Below are positions 47,335 through 59,225 of a DNA stretch of 64,000 nt, in pieces. Position 1 is the stretch's first letter. The number at the start of each line of letters is the position of its first letter. The position numbers and the translations under genes were made by a program. Where the stretch lies: positions 19,716,001 through 19,780,000 of the forward strand of contig OZ038379.1 in assembly GCA_964036045.1 (NCBI GenBank), written 5' to 3'. This stretch comes from Eutreptiella sp. 'Long Island Sound 2002' (lineage: Eukaryota; Protista; Euglenida). The notes under the pieces were generated by a model, which searched no databases, was not told where the DNA came from, and saw only the letters and a list, made by a program, of their open reading frames with translations.

Positions 47335-47535
47335 GCATTCGAACATTCCTGAATCCGAGGTGGCTAACCACTGAGCTACCTGGTCCAGTGGTGGGGTTGG
47401 GCAGCCCCTCCAGGTTCGAAGACCACCCTTCTCAGGACCTCCTCCGTGTGTCACTCAGTCGGGTAAACTGGGAATCGAACCTGATGCGAGACGCCAACGA
47501 TTGTATACCTCTGCCCACTGAGCTACCGGAATACG
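47335..47535. repeat. Cluster of three tRNA-derived A/B-box modules (two minus, one plus)
   Basis: Minus TAGCTCAGTGGT...GTTCGAATGC (47378-47335). Plus TGGTCCAGTGGT...GGTTCGAAG (47381-47421). Minus TAGCTCAGTGGG...GGTTCGATTCCC (47525-47470). Stems do not form cloverleaves. Confidence 0.65.
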
Positions 47536-47678
47536 CCCCTAGCGGCTGACCTTGAACCGCCGGCCCAGAGAGCGGTCCTTCAGGGGTGATCCTTCGTGAA
47601 AAAAGAAAAAAAAAACTTTGCTAAAGGACCGCCTTGAGTGCATCCCTGCTTAGGGCGCCGCCCGGACCCCCCGCTTAC

Positions 47679-48143
47679 CGAAGACACGGACCACCTGGAG
47701 CTTCGCGGGACCCCCAGATTGTCCAGCATGAACGCCAGCTCCTGCGCGGCAGCTGCCCCGCGGCTGTATCCAACGATGTAGATCTCGTCCCCTGCTTTGT
47801 AGTTGTCTACAATCGTCAGATACATCTCCTGCACGACTTGGGGCAGGCCGCGCCCTGCGATCAGGCCCGGGATCTTCGAGAAGGGGAGACCGTGCTCTTC
47901 GCTGGTGGCGACCCCGCGATGGTACATGATCACGTTCGCCGGGTTCCGCTGCTTGCGCACCTGCTCGGCGAACCGGCCAATGTTGGTGGCCGGGCGGTTC
48001 GTGTACAGCCGGTCCTCGCCAGTGCCATCAAACAGCACCACCAGCGTGCGCTTCCGGGCCTCGTACTTCATTCGTTCGGTGCTCCATATGGCAACAGCCG
48101 CGAAGAGCGACACCCAGAGCACCCCATGAAGGGTTTCTCGCAT
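47679..48143 (-). CDS. DUF2235 / Tle1-like alpha/beta hydrolase, exon 1
   Basis: N-terminal hydrophobic GVLWVSLFAAVAIW. Motifs LVVLFDGTG, TNIGR, YHRGVAT, IYIVGYSRGAAAA (nucleophile GxSxG). Donor TCG|GTAAGC at 47679/47678. Spliced length about 483 aa; small internal exons cannot be excluded. Confidence 0.9.
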
Positions 48144-48174
48144 GGCTGGTCAGGGGCAGGAGCCTTCCGGACTG

Positions 48175-48230
48175 CTGAAGTAGGGCACAAGGATCAAGGG
48201 CAATCGAAAACGGAATGAAGGTGGAAGGCT
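48175..48230 (-). promoter_or_regulatory. Putative trans-splice / 3' acceptor of the DUF2235 gene
   Basis: Minus strand CCTTCCACCTTCATTCCGTTTTCGATTGCCCTTGATCCTTGTGCCCTACTTCAG|CAG, with AG at 48176-48175, about 30 nt upstream of the ATG. Confidence 0.55.
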
Positions 48231-48365
48231 GCAAAATCTGCAACCGTTGTGGTACTACTTTTTGGCGGGCAGGGGGTCAGGCCTGGGCTGGCATTGCAGA
48301 CTGCAGTCAATAAGGTTCTCGAGAAGAGGTCTCGGAATCAAGCCCGAAAATGTGCTACCTCATTA

Positions 48366-48577
48366 GGGGGAGTACCTGCCGCGGTGCGCGCGCAGTGCGG
48401 GTACTGGGGTTGTTCCGTAGACCCTTTCATCCCGAGCCAATCAGGGGGAACGGTAACGCCTCAGAGCCCACCAGGTACCATCTACAACTCCTCTCCCGGT
48501 AGACCATCTCCTGGAGAAGTTGTTCAAATCCCTGACACGGTGTGCGCATGGTGTGCGGGCGGTGCGGATACTCCCCC
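48366..48577. mobile_element. Tourist-like (Harbinger) MITE, 212 bp
   Basis: Perfect 9-bp TIR GGGGGAGTA/TACTCCCCC and TTA/TTA TSD. GTGCGCGCGCAGTGCG subterminal motif of the family. Confidence 0.85.
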
Positions 48578-49973
48578 TTAGAATTTGGCACATTTTCAGG
48601 GGCGGTAGGGGCGACACACAGGGTACACCTGCTGTCGTTTGGGGCAAACCCATGCCTTAACAAGGAAAAACGGTAGGCGTCCTGAAGGAACGTCATGGTC
48701 CTAGAACCCTGCTCCCTGGCTGCTGCTGGCTCCAGGGGGCTTGACACCCCCATCCACCTTGTCCAGCTACCGTCACTACCAGCCACCCTACACAGCAAAC
48801 AATATGTCCTCCGCATGTACAATGCCTCTGAGCCCCTACCATACCCCTCCATCAGGTGCTGAGAACTCCATTGGCATTGGCAGCCCTGTTCAACACGTGC
48901 AAATAACCCCCCAAACTCAGGAGACCAGGCCGTCCTACCTCAGCACCTAGTCGCGTCCGTACCCCGCGCCCAACGGGCGCTCCCCTTCCCTCTCCTCTAG
49001 ACTGTGGTGCAGCTAGAGACGGCGAGGCTATTTAGCTGCGGTATTTGGGGTCCAACATTGACTCCCTCCGTCTACGAGACCTTGCTCTATCACGTGAGGC
49101 TCTTGCCATCCCAAAATGGTTTAAAGGAACTGTCGACTTCTGGGTTGGGTACTGGCAAGTGTTGGGAAAATCTGCTGTACTGGAGCACAAGGCGGATCGG
49201 GATACCACCTTATGGCAACACATGCTGCGACTTGCTGCAGAAGGATGTTATCAAATGAGCGATGGGCCCCCAGTAATTCTGAATGACGGGGGGGTGGTTG
49301 GTGTATGGGGGCCGTTTCCAGGTTTGTCATCCTCATAACCGCTCTGATGAACAGGTATCAGGAGGTCATGGCCTTGATGACGGATATCCACCGACATGAG
49401 TCCCATGGACCAAATTTGCATACTGCACATGTCCATCAACCACCACCGCCGGCACATCAAACCGAAGCTCAAAATACGACTATGGCCGCACACACTGATC
49501 GGCCAGCCATAGCGCTTGTCACCTGCATTGCACAGCACTACAAAGGTACCAACGCACTACAGCCTGTAGATGTGGATAGATCTGAGATCTGACATCTCCG
49601 AGACCTTTGGCTGCCATGTCGACGGTCATTGAATCTGCAAGCCCCAGAACGGGGCTGTTGGCATCGTCCGGTGGCCCGTGGGTCACCAAATGGTGCAGAG
49701 CAGCCTTCACCACGTAAAGGTCACGTTGTTGGTGGTATGCAATGTCTAGCGGTTTGTCTGTGGCCCATTTAACGGTTTCGCACAATCATAGTTGAAGCAA
49801 ATACAGCACATGATGAAGGGGGTGTTTGAGAGGGACAATATTTTATCACATCATGCAAATGCTCATCGCAGCTTTGGTCACACTCGGCGCACCAACTGTG
49901 TTAATTTTAGGTGAAAGAGAAGGGGGGGGCTTTGGACTTTGGGGTTGGGGGGTCCGTGTCAGATAAGGAGGAA

Positions 49974-50100
49974 GTCATAGTCGTCTAATACCTGGATGAC
50001 ATTCTCTATGTCTCCCATGACCCAGCGCGGCTACAAGCCATGACTCAGGCCATTGCACATACTTCAGAAAAAAGCGGGATTCTTGATTAGCCCAAAAAGT
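49974..50100 (+). pseudogene. Reverse-transcriptase remnant of DIRS/Ngaro (or LTR) type
   Basis: VIVV*YLDDILYVSHD (YLDD at 49989-50000), followed after a frameshift by KAGFLISPKS. Confidence 0.5.
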
Positions 50101-50163
50101 GTAAGGACTTGAATGGTCCGCGCATAGCCCCCTGCCCCAATGCACTTGTGGACTTAGTTGCTT

Positions 50164-53100
50164 TTTCTTTTTTGACGAAGCTGCATCAGTTCTGCAACAG
50201 TACGAGATAGCCTCGGGATCTAAGTACACTCTCAGAATATACGATAGCTTCTTCCCTTGTCAATGTCAGGGGTCAAGGTTGACACAGAAGGAGCCACTTA
50301 TATTCCTACCTTGAGTATACCAGCAATGCGACCTTGGATCGCCACGACCCTATTTGGGCCCCATCATCTTATCTGTGACAAGTCTTCTTTTCTTGGGGCA
50401 GGCTCATGGGTGAGTCCAGTGATGGCCTGATTTGTCCCGTTATTTTCCTAGTGGTACATGGACGCTTGGCCCCGGGTGGGGAGTAGGCGCTTTCACATGG
50501 TGCTTCTGCGCGCCTTTGTAAACCTTTCTGGATTAGTGTGTGTCTTAAACCCAGTATATGATATGCTAAGTCCACCTCATGCACCCAATTCTCATATGCT
50601 TTTCCCATGTACTGTAGCCACTTACCCACCCTCCTATACCACATACCGACATAATGCCGTGCTCTGAGGACATCTTGGCATCCGGGGTCATGTACTATCT
50701 GTGCAGCCTGCACCATTCTAGTGACCTGGTGGTACCTCACCTTGGGGGCCGACAACTTCTCCATCCCTTTTTGGTGCCATACGGAATCCTAAGTGTGATC
50801 AAGGTAATTTAGTGCCTTCACCTTGGTATAAATATGAATATTCACCCTGCAAGATCCTATGGCACTCCTTGTCGCTGGTATGTGTTGCCGAGAAAGGTTT
50901 CTTGACTTTTGCGCGCTTCTGCTTACTTGGTTTACACAATACCTGCTGCTGCAACGCTTGTGGGCTCAGGTTTGGGGTACACACTTGTGGTTTGATCTTG
51001 CCATACCATGCGCCGATGGATTGACTTGGCTGGGTTTGTGCTTCGTCCCTAGGGGGCACAGTGCATGACTCCCTTCTGAGCTGATAGACCTTGTGGAGCA
51101 TCATATATTGGTGATGTGTCGCGTGTTCCCTGAAGTGGGACCCATATTTGTCAGTCAGTTGTTTGTAAAAGGATTGGGGAATTCTCAGGCACGCGGCATG
51201 GTGCACGTCCTCAAGGGCGCATTGCCATACCATTGCTCCGCGTACTCTGCCCCTGGACCCCACGATTGTGTCCATACTTGCCGAAAAGTGGGGGCCCGCT
51301 TTGGACATTGCATGAGCCGTTTGTGTACGGCGGTACCATGTTTGCTGTTACACAAGGGACACCATACAACGTTGTGATCCCAAGGGGCGCCACATCCGTC
51401 CCACCGCTCGTTTCCCCATAACCATTTCACCCACGTCATCCGACGGGTTTCTTTGAGGGGCTGCCAAGATACCCAGTGTGTACCCAAAAATAAGTCATAG
51501 TGTCTCCTCTCGATGACTCATTTTTTTGCCGGGATGGGTGCAGGCCCCCCCTTGACGGCGATATCACCCGGGTGAGCAGGTGTGTAGCCAGGGAGCGGTA
51601 GGCGGGTGGCAATTTTTTTGCAAGACGATCACCCTCATCATTCCGTTTGATTTCCATCCGCTCTTCCTTGGTCTTTGCTATATCCGCGTGACTAGGGACC
51701 CATCTTGACCGGAGGGGTTTGTTTACCATCTCCTTCTGTATAGTGAGCTGGAGATCCATGTCCGAACACTCACTGTGGGGAGGTTGTAGGGCGTGGTTCA
51801 CGACTGCTTTGTTATCATAGGTCAGTCTTGGTTTGCGCTAGCCAGGGCTGTATTGACCACAAAACTTTGGAGCTCCGCACGGTACGAAGTTTGCGGCCCG
51901 GTGACTCGGGTGATGACCTGTAGGGGACCTCTAGTGATTGCGCCACTTGCCCTACAAACCGTTCTTCCCCCTACTTCTTGGGTTAGTTTGCTTCTGTTGC
52001 CATACCATATTTCGCCTTCAGCTGTTTCCCATTGATGTAGCATTGTATTTCAGCTATCGTGACCGGGGCAAATCCCGCGGGGACCTCTCCTTCTGTGGGA
52101 CCTTCCTCTGCACTGTACCGTACGATATATCGTCTGGCAATTTCAGGTATGCCCACTGCAACCTCCTGGTGCCTAATCCATTCTTCATCACCAGATGTTT
52201 GTTCATCAATGAGGTTGGAGGAGGCGGGCGGTCTTCTTCGTGGTGCCTACATGAGTGTGGCACCTGCTCCTAGCCGAGAAAGCACCGTAACGTAGCCGCG
52301 TAGTGGTGACATCATACGTTCTATGGGTTGAACCACCAACCTAGACAATCTACCCGTGGCCTTCCATAATAACTCTTGAACAAGGGTGACACACTTGGTT
52401 CTATAGGCCCAATAAATCTGCCTGAGACCTAACCCTCCATACTTGACTAGTGAGGTGATGTGGGTAACATTGTGGGCCTTGTAGATGTTCTCTTTGTTGT
52501 GTTCTAATCCCTTTGCAATGAACTCTAAACATGTCTTGTCAATGTGATGAAACCTGCGGTCATGTGGGATAAACATGGTATGGTACAACCAGCGTGGAAT
52601 AAGTAAAGAGGAGCAGTTGTACTCCTTCAAACGCATTCAAGGGTAATGCCCTATATCGAGTGAGATCAACCTCCACCTTAGCCAGGATTTCATCCTTGGC
52701 TTTATGAGCCCGAGATGGGTGGGCAATGGTATGTCCAAAATGCCTAAATATGGGAGGTCCCACAAGGATGTCCTTGCCATTCCAGCGGATTACCGTGGTG
52801 TGGTGTTGGTCACCGCTGTCTGCTTGGGGGGGGGTTGTAGCCCACTTATAGACCTCTATCTTGCCTGGGTTTGTTTGAAAACCTAAAATGAGGAACAACT
52901 TCTGCACCCGCTTAGGAACCCGTTGCAGATCACGGGTGTTCTTTGTGACAATAGCGATGTCATCAACGAAGACGAAACAGCTAGGTTCCGGAAATTCTTT
53001 GGCGAGTGTGGTGTGGAAAGTCTCGTACACCAATACGAATAGTGCTAGTGACAAGGGACACCTCTCTTTAATACCCCTTGCAAATGGAAAATGCAGCTTC

Positions 53101-55179
53101 CCATATGAACAAGAACTAAGGGTGTAAATTGACTTTACCATGCGTACCACGTGCGGTAGCGCCCCCAAAATCTGAAGGGACTCCACGAGGCACATATGTG
53201 GGGTGCTCGGAAAGGCTTTGGCAATATCGAGCAAACAGATGTAAGTCCCTTCAATATTCTCATGTAGCTCCATAATGAGGTTCATGGCCTGCTGCGAGGT
53301 GGTACAACCTTTACAACTACCCACCTATGTGTCATGTAAGGTTGTATTGATGGGTTGTTGTATGGCGTCTAGTCTGAGTCGGGCGAGAACTATGTACATG
53401 CAGCTGGACACACTAGTGGGCCGGCAATTCATGGCAGAACTCGTGGTGCCCTTTGTGTAAAGAAGGGAACCACTATGGGAGGATCTCTCTTGTCCCCCAA
53501 ATGTCAAGTATGGCCTGATATAGGTCCCACTGGAGGTCCTTGGGGAGCCATTGTAAAAAATGGGGGGATACTTTATGTGGGATATTTTATCCAGTCCCGG
53601 GGCTTTCTTTTTGGGTTGGTTGATGACTCCACGAAACTTTTGACAAGAGGGATTGCCAAGCTTGAACCCCTCTTGTGGGCGGAGGATTTCCTTCATCATA
53701 GATATAGATTTGTCTTGATCCCAGATTGGGTACCCCGCAAAGTGGGGGAGGTGCAGTCGTGCAGACCCTTCTGTAGGTTGTGGATTGGAGGTACAGAACG
53801 GGGTGAATAACCACATCCTCAGCGATTGAAAGAAAATTTTTCCCCGTTGATGTGCACTACGGCAAAACAGACGGAATGGGGCACCCCTCATTTCCTTGTC
53901 ACCCATGTATACCGCCCAGTCATGCAGCGCATAGGGCGACTGTGGGTTGTTGGTGACGGCACTTCGTCATGCTTGCTCATGGTGGTCGACCTCAGGCTCT
54001 CTCCGTGGGTGCTGAAGTACAAACTGAGTTATTTGATTGAGGATCAAATCAGCTCTTGCAGTCGGAGCACAATCATTGTGAGGATGTGCTTTGGACCATT
54101 TAGTCATATGCCTTTTAAATTTGTAAAACAGAGACCGGGGCCCATTCGCTACAGAGAATATTTGCGGTGGGGGAGGGGGGCTCTGCTGAAGAGGGTTGTG
54201 GGCCACCACAGTAACTCCAAGATGATCGCCTGCATTAGAGAAATCTAGGGTGTAGTAGGCTTCACGACTGCTGATTCTCCAAGCAACAGATGACACCCGA
54301 GTCATCGTCCCCTATCGTGTGTGATCAACCTTGCGGGGGAAACGTCATCAGCCACTGCCATGGCCGGATCTTGTAAGGATCCGTCGATCGGTTTGGAGTG
54401 CCACCACCTAGTGGGTTTACGGGATTCACCCCACATCTTATCATTGAAATCACCCATCAAGATGTCAACTTTTTCAAACGTTCCAGGCCACTTACCCGTA
54501 GCGTGCTATTGAGCCTTTTCAAAAGGCCCATGCACGTTGATGATCACGAGGGGGGGGCATGTCAGGAAGTGCGAAGTGGATAGCCAGCCCGGAACCTTCT
54601 CTATCGGGGTAGTGTCATGGTATTTGACGTACATGTGCACCCTTTCATGTATGAGGAACATGGTATCCAGGTTGTGGTTCTTGTGGGATAGTGGGCAATT
54701 TTTTGACATACTGGCAGTCCACGCCATGTGATTGTCCTTGGTACCAAATCTAAATTGTTGGAGGCCCACTATGGTTGGTTCATGTGCAGTGACTTCTTGG
54801 AGAAGTCTACCCCACCTCCTTCTGGACAAAAATGGGCCTCCCACATTCAAAATTACAAAACAGACAGACTGGGCGAACGGGGGAGGCGTCCCAGGCAAGG
54901 GATGCATATCATTGCTGAACTTGCGTAGTTGTGCCCCTATATACCACAACATGTGCACAAGTATAAACATTACGGACCTCATCCATTGGGGAGTTTGGTG
55001 AGGTACAGTTTGGGGGCCCGGTGCATTATATTGGTAATCCATGGTTTGCATGTGCACCACAGCGACCAGCACCATATAGACCCAATGCATGTGTGTGAGG
55101 TGTCACTTGTGGCATTTATATCCCCGTATATGTTTCCCTTTCGAGAACAACTGCCTACGGGGTATGTGTAGCGGGGGCA
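50164..55179 (-). mobile_element. Decayed non-LTR retrotransposon (LINE) with APE endonuclease, RT, RNase H and a Cys/His knuckle
   Basis: APE: LNVGG, IVGLQQ, IINVHGP, LMGDFN (~54860-54320). RT: CRPTSV, LLDIAKAFPS, GIKERCPLS, FVDD (~53560-52700). RNase H: QTSYRAEL, WVPSHAD...NDEGDRLAK (~52010-51600). CPLCNSKHGTAVHKRLMQC. Multiple stops and frameshifts. Bounded by a 22-bp direct repeat. Confidence 0.88.
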
Positions 55180-55769
55180 GCACTTGTGGACCTAGTTGCT
55201 TGCTCGTTCCACCTTGCTCTTTTTCCGTATAATTTCAAGTCCCTCATAGGTTTCTAGGCAAACTGGGCCGGCTTGGCAGGCCCGGCAGCCTAGTGGACTT
55301 TTTTTTTGCAAGATCTCGCATGTGGCTCAATCATGGGCCCCGATGGGCCCCACACATCCTAGAATATGTGTGTGCACGAGTCCTGCGTGTGTTCGCGGAG
55401 GGGGCTGTTAATATCTCTGTGGGTGTTTGGGGACCACATGGTCCGGCTATGCGGCGTTGCCCAATGTGGGTAACAAACTAGCAATCAGCTGAGTTGTTGG
55501 GGTGCTCGTCGGCTTGGACTATGTTCGTTCGTGCGGCACACTACAAGCATGTGCACCTTGTGCTTGATAACATGGCAAGAGTTTCACAGGTGGTTTGGGG
55601 TAGTGCCAACCCAATGCTTGTTTAGCAACAACAAATTTCATGGAGGCTGGCACATAGGTTGCGATGGGCTAGGGTTGGGGTTACCCTTGGCTATGTCCCC
55701 TCGGAGATGAACCCAGCAAACCCAGTCTCGCGGTTCAACAAATTTGCTCATCAACACGACATTGTTGCA

Positions 55770-56160
55770 ACCCCCCCCCCCCCCTTGAATTCTCCCCCCT
55801 TTTGTCGGGCCGGTTCCCCCCCTTGGGGGGGGGGGCACACCGCAAATTTGTACCATAGTATCACAGTGTAAATCAGCTTTGGCGCCTTCGGTGCCTTGTA
55901 TAACATTTCTTTGGCGCCTTTGGCGCCTAGTATTTCCTATGCTTTCGGGGCCAAGGTGACGGTTCCCCCACTTGGAGGGGGGAGATTTCAAGGGGCCATG
56001 AGGCAACGGATACTGGGCTCGCATACGCCCCCGTGTCACAAGCGCATGGTCATAACCACATTGTTAAGTGTTTTTCTCGCTGCACTGCAGCGCGGACCAG
56101 TTTTGTACCACACCAGGTGGTTGCTGACTGTGCTTTCAAGATTTCAAGGGGGGGGGGGGG
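55770..56160. mobile_element. MITE-like element with C-/G-tract inverted ends
   Basis: CCCCCCCCCCCCTTGAATTC (~55772-55791) vs GATTTCAAGGGGGGGGGGGG (~56141-56160). Internal GGCGCC-TTC/TTT-GG(T/C)GCC hairpins. Confidence 0.45.
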
Positions 56161-56226
56161 CACATATGCTCGTGCCGGACAAAATTAGAACGACTTTTAG
56201 GGGGTTGCACAGTCCATGGGGCACGG

Positions 56227-56369
56227 TGGGGGTCAGAGACAAACCTATGGCTGAACCGACATAATCTTTAACCCAGCAGGTGAGAGAATTCTACATTGTG
56301 TTGTGTGAATGAGGGCAGCCAGTTGGATCGGGCATGGTCGGTTGGCAGGCTTAGCAAAACTAAAGTTTA
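56227..56369. repeat. 143-bp direct repeat, copy 1 (copy 2 at 57253-57395)
   Basis: TGGGGG(T/A)CAGAGACAAACCTATGGCTGAACCGAC...GCTTAGCAAAACTAAAGTTTA occurs twice, 1026 bp apart. Confidence 0.92.
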
Positions 56370-56701
56370 TTTTTTTTAACTCGTGACCAAAGTTCCACCA
56401 AGTGTCCATTGAGAGTACACATAGCAGATCATGGGTCAGTGACAGGGCCCGCTTTGGTTATGGATTTGGTATGACCTACCCTCACCAAGACAGCTGCGAC
56501 GGGGTGGCGGGAGGAACGAGTCCTGCGCCTTGCCCCACCCCTGTCACCCCGTTTGCAGGGGTGTGCACGTCCTCCCGGACCTCTCGGGGATGTTACAATC
56601 CAGTCAAGACAATGACATTGCCCATGTCCTCGAGCGGGATCTCCATATCCTAGAGATCACTGGGAACCTCCGGCGCCTCTGTCCTCCGTTTCTTGTGCGT
56701 C

Positions 56702-57196
56702 TCAGGTGGGTTCTCGTCCCGCAAGCACTTCATGCGCTATGCTGTGGCCCCTCGGATTGTCCCATCGGGGGTTCAACAAAGTCGTCCGCCGTAAGGCCGT
56801 AAGGGTCACTACGTGCACTTGAGACATATGCCGCCGTGCGGATGCTTCGTCCGCTTGGATGCTGGTGGACAACAAAACATGAGCATGCTCCCAACACGAG
56901 GATGCCGCGGCGAGCTTGCGCAACGCCGTGGACTGCGCCTCGAGGAGGACAGCCGTGCGCCATTGGCGGAAGCGCAGTCGGCGGGAGTCCACCATCCAGG
57001 ACAATTGGTAGACCGCCTGATGTGCCTTTACGTACCATCGCGCCGTGTGTTCCTGATAGAGGAAATACGCTTGCCGGCACAAGTGTTCGTGGTGGTGTGC
57101 CAACAAGAGGGACTTCCGTGCGATGGCTTGTTGGGCGAGTGCCTGCGCCACCTCTTGCAGATAGAGTCGCGCGGCTTGCGTTTGGGCGTGTAGCAT
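56702..57196 (-). CDS. 164-aa helical/coiled-coil-like ORF between the direct repeats
   Basis: ATG at 57196 (MLHAQTQAARLYLQEVAQALAQQ...). Preceded by the acceptor-like GGTTTGTCTCTGTCCCCCAG at the end of repeat copy 2, and followed downstream by an A-tract on the minus strand (~56370-56378). Likely element-derived. Confidence 0.3.
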   Translation of the reverse strand: MLHAQTQAARLYLQEVAQALAQQAIARKSLLLAHHHEHLCRQAYFLYQEHTARWYVKAHQAVYQLSWMVDSRRLRFRQWRTAVLLEAQSTALRKLAAASSCWEHAHVLLSTSIQADEASARRHMSQVHVVTLTALRRTTLLNPRWDNPRGHSIAHEVLAGREPT

Positions 57197-57252
57197 GGCC
57201 CGCCTCGCCTGCGGTGAGGCCGGAGTCTGTGCTGGTGGCGGCGACGCCTCTC

Positions 57253-57395
57253 TGGGGGACAGAGACAAACCTATGGCTGAACCGACATAATCTTTAACCC
57301 AGTAAGTGAGAGAATTCTAGATTGTGTTGTGTGAATCAGGGCAGCCAATTGGATCGGGCGTCGTCGGTTGGCAGGCTTAGCAAAACTAAAGTTTA
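57253..57395. repeat. 143-bp direct repeat, copy 2
   Basis: See copy 1 at 56227-56369. Confidence 0.92.
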
Positions 57396-58329
57396 AGTTT
57401 AAAGAGTGATGGATTGCCTGTTGGTCAAATGTAAGAAGTGCCTAGCTCTCTACACTCCTGACTTCAAATCCCTTAAAATGTCAGCAATGCACAGGTAGCA
57501 GCCCCCATGATTGTCAGCAAGGCGCCTTTGGGTGCCATCCCAGCATACACCACCCCCTCTGACTCTCCTAGGCTTCCTTTGCCTGGCTTGGCTTATATCT
57601 GTACTGCAGCCTATCTCCCATCCCCACAAAGCAGCTGCCATATCCCTTGCTAGCTCACTTATTGTTATTCGGCCATAGAACGACGATGGTTGTCACCCTC
57701 CAAAATCACTTTGGCATTGCAATCACTTGCTGTTATTTTGACAAAGAGTTGGGGGGGGTGACTCAGCGAACCATCCAAAATGCGCACCAACACACATTAC
57801 ACGGACAATTGACCGCACAAAGCAGAAAACCACCACCACAATGCTCAAAATATTATGTACATAGAAGCAGAAGCGGGCATATGAGTGCACGCTTCAAAAC
57901 CAAGCTGTAAGGAAGAAAGCATTGTAAGTTGTAAGAAAGCATTTTAAGGAGCATAGATCTTGGGCTTGGAGACACGTGGTCCTGCCATTGCATCCCTGAC
58001 GGGTGCCGTGGCTGGGCATCTCCAGTGCCAACAGGGCTAGAGGCTCCGTTGCTGTCTCTGAGTATGTTTGTTCAGAGGTAGCTTGGCTGTGGCCATTCCT
58101 GCTGTGCAGAGGCCGTTGTGGGGGCTGCATGCTGTACACCATCATTCAAAACCAAGTTGCGTTGGTGTCTGGAGCCCAAGCAGTTCAATCAGGAGGAAAA
58201 AAACACAGCAAAGCTGTACAGCAATGAGTTGTATGCTTGGGCATAGCGACAGACAATTGGTGATCTTTTGCATAGCTCTGCTCGGAGTCTGACCGACAGC
58301 GGTTTGAGATGGTTGAGGACTGACCGCCG

Positions 58330-58900
58330 TTGGACTCGACGATGTTCAAATACAAAAGAAACCCTTCCCAACCAGAAACTGCCTTGCCATACCTGTGGCT
58401 GCGCTCCGCTTGCAGCGGGCATTGTTCTTGCAAAGCCGGATGATAGGATGGCTTGCCACACTCAGCTTGCATGTTGAAGACACGCAAACTTTTTTTGACG
58501 GCTAGAAAATCAAAATGGGCAAGCACTGCACCACCCTGGAGCGTTTGGTACGAACATGGTGCAGGTCGCTTGCAGATTGAGGCGAGACGTTGCAGTACTA
58601 TGGTTCGTGGAGGCCACATTCCAACTAGCTTGTACCAGTTGCTGCATCTTGCAAACCATGACAGACGCACTTTTTGAATCTTCTTTCTGGGATCTCGATG
58701 CCGTCCACCGCGAATAATCCAACAGGTCCTAATCAAATGTTGTTCGCAGCGTAAAAAGCACAGCACGAACTCAACTGTGCATTCAGGGGAAACCAGTTGC
58801 CAACTCCACCATTGGACCATTGTACAGCAGCACTCCGGTGTTGTGCACATGTTACTGTACTCTATACTCTGTCTGCACTTAGTCGGTTTGCTGAGCTGTT
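58330..58900 (+). pseudogene. Highly degraded LINE RT remnant
   Basis: TMFKYKRNPSQPE(N)CLAIPVAA resembles the K.GDP....NYRPIS motif with a frameshift. Weak downstream motifs. Confidence 0.35.
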
Positions 58901-59104
58901 GTACTGGTCCTGCCCCTGGCCGACCCCAACCTTTTGCAAGCCCACCAACACAAAAAGCAATGTTGCCGCAACAAAACAAAGGCTTGCTTGGCGAGCGGCA
59001 CCCTCTCAGTCGTGACCCAAGGGTTGCGTCGCTTGCGCTGAACGCTCGCGCACTGTTTGCGCTAGCCATTGCCCTTCGGCCCCCCGAGTATCTGATGGCT
59101 GAAC

Positions 59105-59225
59105 ATGGTGAAAAGCACGAAAAAAGGGTGTAAAACATGCTTTACGTGTGTTGTTTGATCATTGTAGATGGTCACAATATCAAAAACATTGGTTACGAAA
59201 TTTATGCTTTTTGAGCTGTTTGGAA
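59105..59225 (+). repeat. Solo diverged copy of satellite module A
   Basis: GGTGAAAAGCACG...AAAACATGCTTTAC...GATGGTCACAATATCAAAAAC...TTTTTGAGCTG. Confidence 0.7.
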
